Source: the human T2T-CHM13v2.0 reference genome, Homo sapiens
DNA: 64,000 bases
Direction: 5' to 3' (one strand)
Assembly: GCF_009914755.1 (NCBI RefSeq)
Contig: NC_060926.1
Every line of letters starts with the position of its first letter. Position 1 is the stretch's first letter. The translations under genes were made by a program, and so were the position numbers. Below, one piece after another: positions 60,999 to 64,000 of the stretch. The notes under the pieces are model-generated. The model was given only the letters and a program-made list of their open reading frames with translations. It did not search any database and was not told the origin of the DNA.

Positions 60999-62031
60999 CT
61001 GAAAAGAATATTTTTTAAAACAAGTTTAAAAATAAAATATTTTGAACAGTGAAAGCAACATCTTTGAAATAATCACAACTTTCTAGGATTATTCCTTTGA
61101 AGTTCTGTTCTATTTTGATTTTTAAAAGATCTCTCTCAAGACTGTAGAGGTGCAAACAGGTTCAGGAAGAGCAGCTGACCCCCTCCTGCAGCACAGGAGG
61201 AAGGAGACAGAGCAGATCCGGGGCTGCAGCGGCTTCCCGAGGGTCCCCGCGGCCGCATCCTGCGGAGGGGTTCCAGTGTTTCTGTTTATATCTGTGTGTG
61301 GGTGTGTCTCCCTCTGGGTTGTGCACTAGCAGGCTCTGGGCGTGTCCCATCTAACAGCAGCTCATCCAGGAGGTGTTTCATCGCTGCAGGGAAATTCCAG
61401 AGGGCAGCTCCTGCCACAACTGCGGTGAGACATAATTTCCTTGGGAGGAAACCAGTTCTCAGCAGCCAGAAATGAAACAGTTTCCACTCTGGGAGGGCGC
61501 AGGAGGGTGTGGCTGCAGGCGGGGCAGAGCTACCCGCCTGGAGAGCCTGCTGGCCGGCCTGGCTCCCTGAAGCCTCCAGTCACAGTTTAAATTTAGACCT
61601 TCTATTCTGGTCCGTGCTGCTCACGCCTCACCCCGTGGCCACCGGTCAGCCAGTTTCCCCGAGCACAAGTGTGCTCCGGAGGGACAGAACACGTAGGAGG
61701 TAAACGGTGTCCTGACCTTCGTTCTGTGGTGGTGTGGAATTGTGAAGTGGAATGGAAGAAAGACCAAGGCCAGAAAAATCCTCCACCCTAACAAATTTCA
61801 GAACCAGGGACCCCATGTGCACGCGCCCCACTAACTTCACAGACAGAAACATGCTTGTCCTACAGCCGTTTGTGGAGAGTCAGCCACGTGAACCACCAAG
61901 ACTCGGTCCCCCTTCACGGTCTGGTGGAAATTCAGACAAGAAGAGGGCTGATTAGTGAGCAGGAAGAGAGTGCATGTTCAGGGCAACTTGAATCTATGCC
62001 TGGAGGCAGGGGCCAGGGCGGGGAGGGAGTA

Positions 62032-62762
<731 letters not shown>

Positions 62763-62904
62763 TCATTCTGTTCCCTGCCCAAATGCCCCTGCCCTGACCC
62801 TCCAAATCAGTCCCCGCCTCTCACTGCCCCTCATCCTGCTTCATGTTCTCCCCAGTGGCACCATCATCTGACAGTGGCACACATCCATGTGTCTTAGCAC
62901 TTCC

Positions 62905-63035
62905 TCCCCCAGAATGCAAGATCCAGGAGAGCAGGGACTTGGCTTTGCTCGCTGCTACGTCCCCGGTTCCTAGAGAAGTTACCTGTATTAACCAAACACT
63001 TACTAGATACCAGGTGTTGTTAAACATTTCAAATG
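62905..63035 (+). mobile_element. L2 3' end
   Basis: AGAATGCAAGATCCAGGAGAGCAGGGACTT..CTGCTACGTCCCCGGTTCCTAGA. Confidence 0.65.
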
Positions 63036-63384
63036 GGTTTTCTAATTTTATCTTCATGATAACCTGTGAGGTTTTTACCCAAGTAGGAAAAGGAAGCCGG
63101 GAGAAGTTGAGGATCCTGTTCAAGGACACACAGGGAACCCGGGCAGTCTGTGCTGGCGTGTGTGCCCTTGGCCACTTCACTGACTGGGTGCCCTTTCCAC
63201 CCAGCCCTGCACATGCTCTGCGAGGGAAACCACCTCTCTTACTCTCTCACTCAGCCCTTGCTGAGCTCCCTAGCCTGTCTCAGGAAGGCTGAGCCAAACC
63301 CCCAGCCCCTGCCGCCCCCACCCCCAACCATCCTGGCCAGTGCCTGGGAAGAGGTGCCTTCGTGGTGAAGGGATCCAGAATGTA

Positions 63385-63540
63385 CACATGTCCCCAACTT
63401 ATGATTTTTTGACTTTACAACGGTGTGAAAGTGAGCTGCATTCAGTAGAGACCACACTTCAAACTTTGAATTTTGATCTTTTCCCGGACTGGCGATACTG
63501 TCAGTGATGCAGCCGCAGGAGCCACAGCGCTGGGTGAGCA
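63385..63540. mobile_element. MER47/Tigger5-like TcMar fragment
   Basis: GTCCCCAACTTATGATTTTTTGACTTTACAA..GCATTCAGTAGA..TTTGAATTTTGATCTTTTCCCGG. Confidence 0.65.
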
Positions 63541-63632
63541 CCGCACTCTGCGGTGGACGTGCTGCCCAAGGATTCTGATTTCCTTCCTTCCTTCCTTCTT
63601 TTTCCTTTCTTCCTTTCCTCCCTCCCTCCCTT

Positions 63633-63946
63633 TCTTTTTTTTTTTTTTTTTATTTTTGAGGCAGAGTCTCACTCTGTTGCCCGTCCAGGCCAGAGTGCAA
63701 TGGCACCATCTCGGCTCACTGCAATCTCCGCCTGCCAGGTTCAAGGGATTCTCACGTGGCTCAGCCTCCTGAGTAGCTGGGATTACAGGCATGTGCCACC
63801 ACGCCTGGCTGATTTTTGTATTTTTAGTAGAGACAGGGTTTCACCATTTTGGCCAGGCTGGTCTTAAACTCCTGGTCTCAAAGCCATCCACCTGCCTCGG
63901 CCTCCCGAAGGGCTGGGATTACAGGCCTGAGCCACTGCACCCGGCC
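63633..63946 (-). mobile_element. AluS preceded by a (CCTT)n-rich tract
   Basis: Alu dimer with T-tail. Confidence 0.9.
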
Positions 63947-64000
63947 CCTCCCTCCCTCCTGTCCTTCCTTCCGTTTTTTTTTTGTGGTGACAGGGTCTCA

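Overview
Human/primate euchromatic DNA, very Alu-dense. It is recognisable as the TEX44 (C2orf57) region of 2q37.1 from an intact single-exon 395-aa ORF at 11429-12616. The only other gene-derived sequence is a full-length RPL23A processed pseudogene (4325-5469), frameshifted and split by two Alus. The rest is intergenic: dozens of Alus, LTR remnants (LTR8, MER21, MER31, MER34/39, LTR16, LTR33, MLT1), MIR/L2/L1M fragments, DNA-transposon MERs and microsatellites. There are two orphan CpG islands (~22.65-23.7 kb and ~32.1-33.95 kb). I find no novel protein-coding system; nearly all other listed ORFs are Alu- or GC-driven artefacts. Best leads: (i) a compact module of three RFX X-boxes plus a perfect CRE in the orphan CpG island ~10.6 kb downstream of the TEX44 stop codon, bracketed by divergent CTCF motifs; (ii) fossil templated-insertion/fold-back repair scars inside Alus whose donor sequences are still visible nearby; (iii) a 48-nt non-Alu insert with A-tail and target-site duplication (TSD); (iv) repeated same-site Alu re-insertion. 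Repeat family calls and coordinates are by eye, without RepeatMasker.
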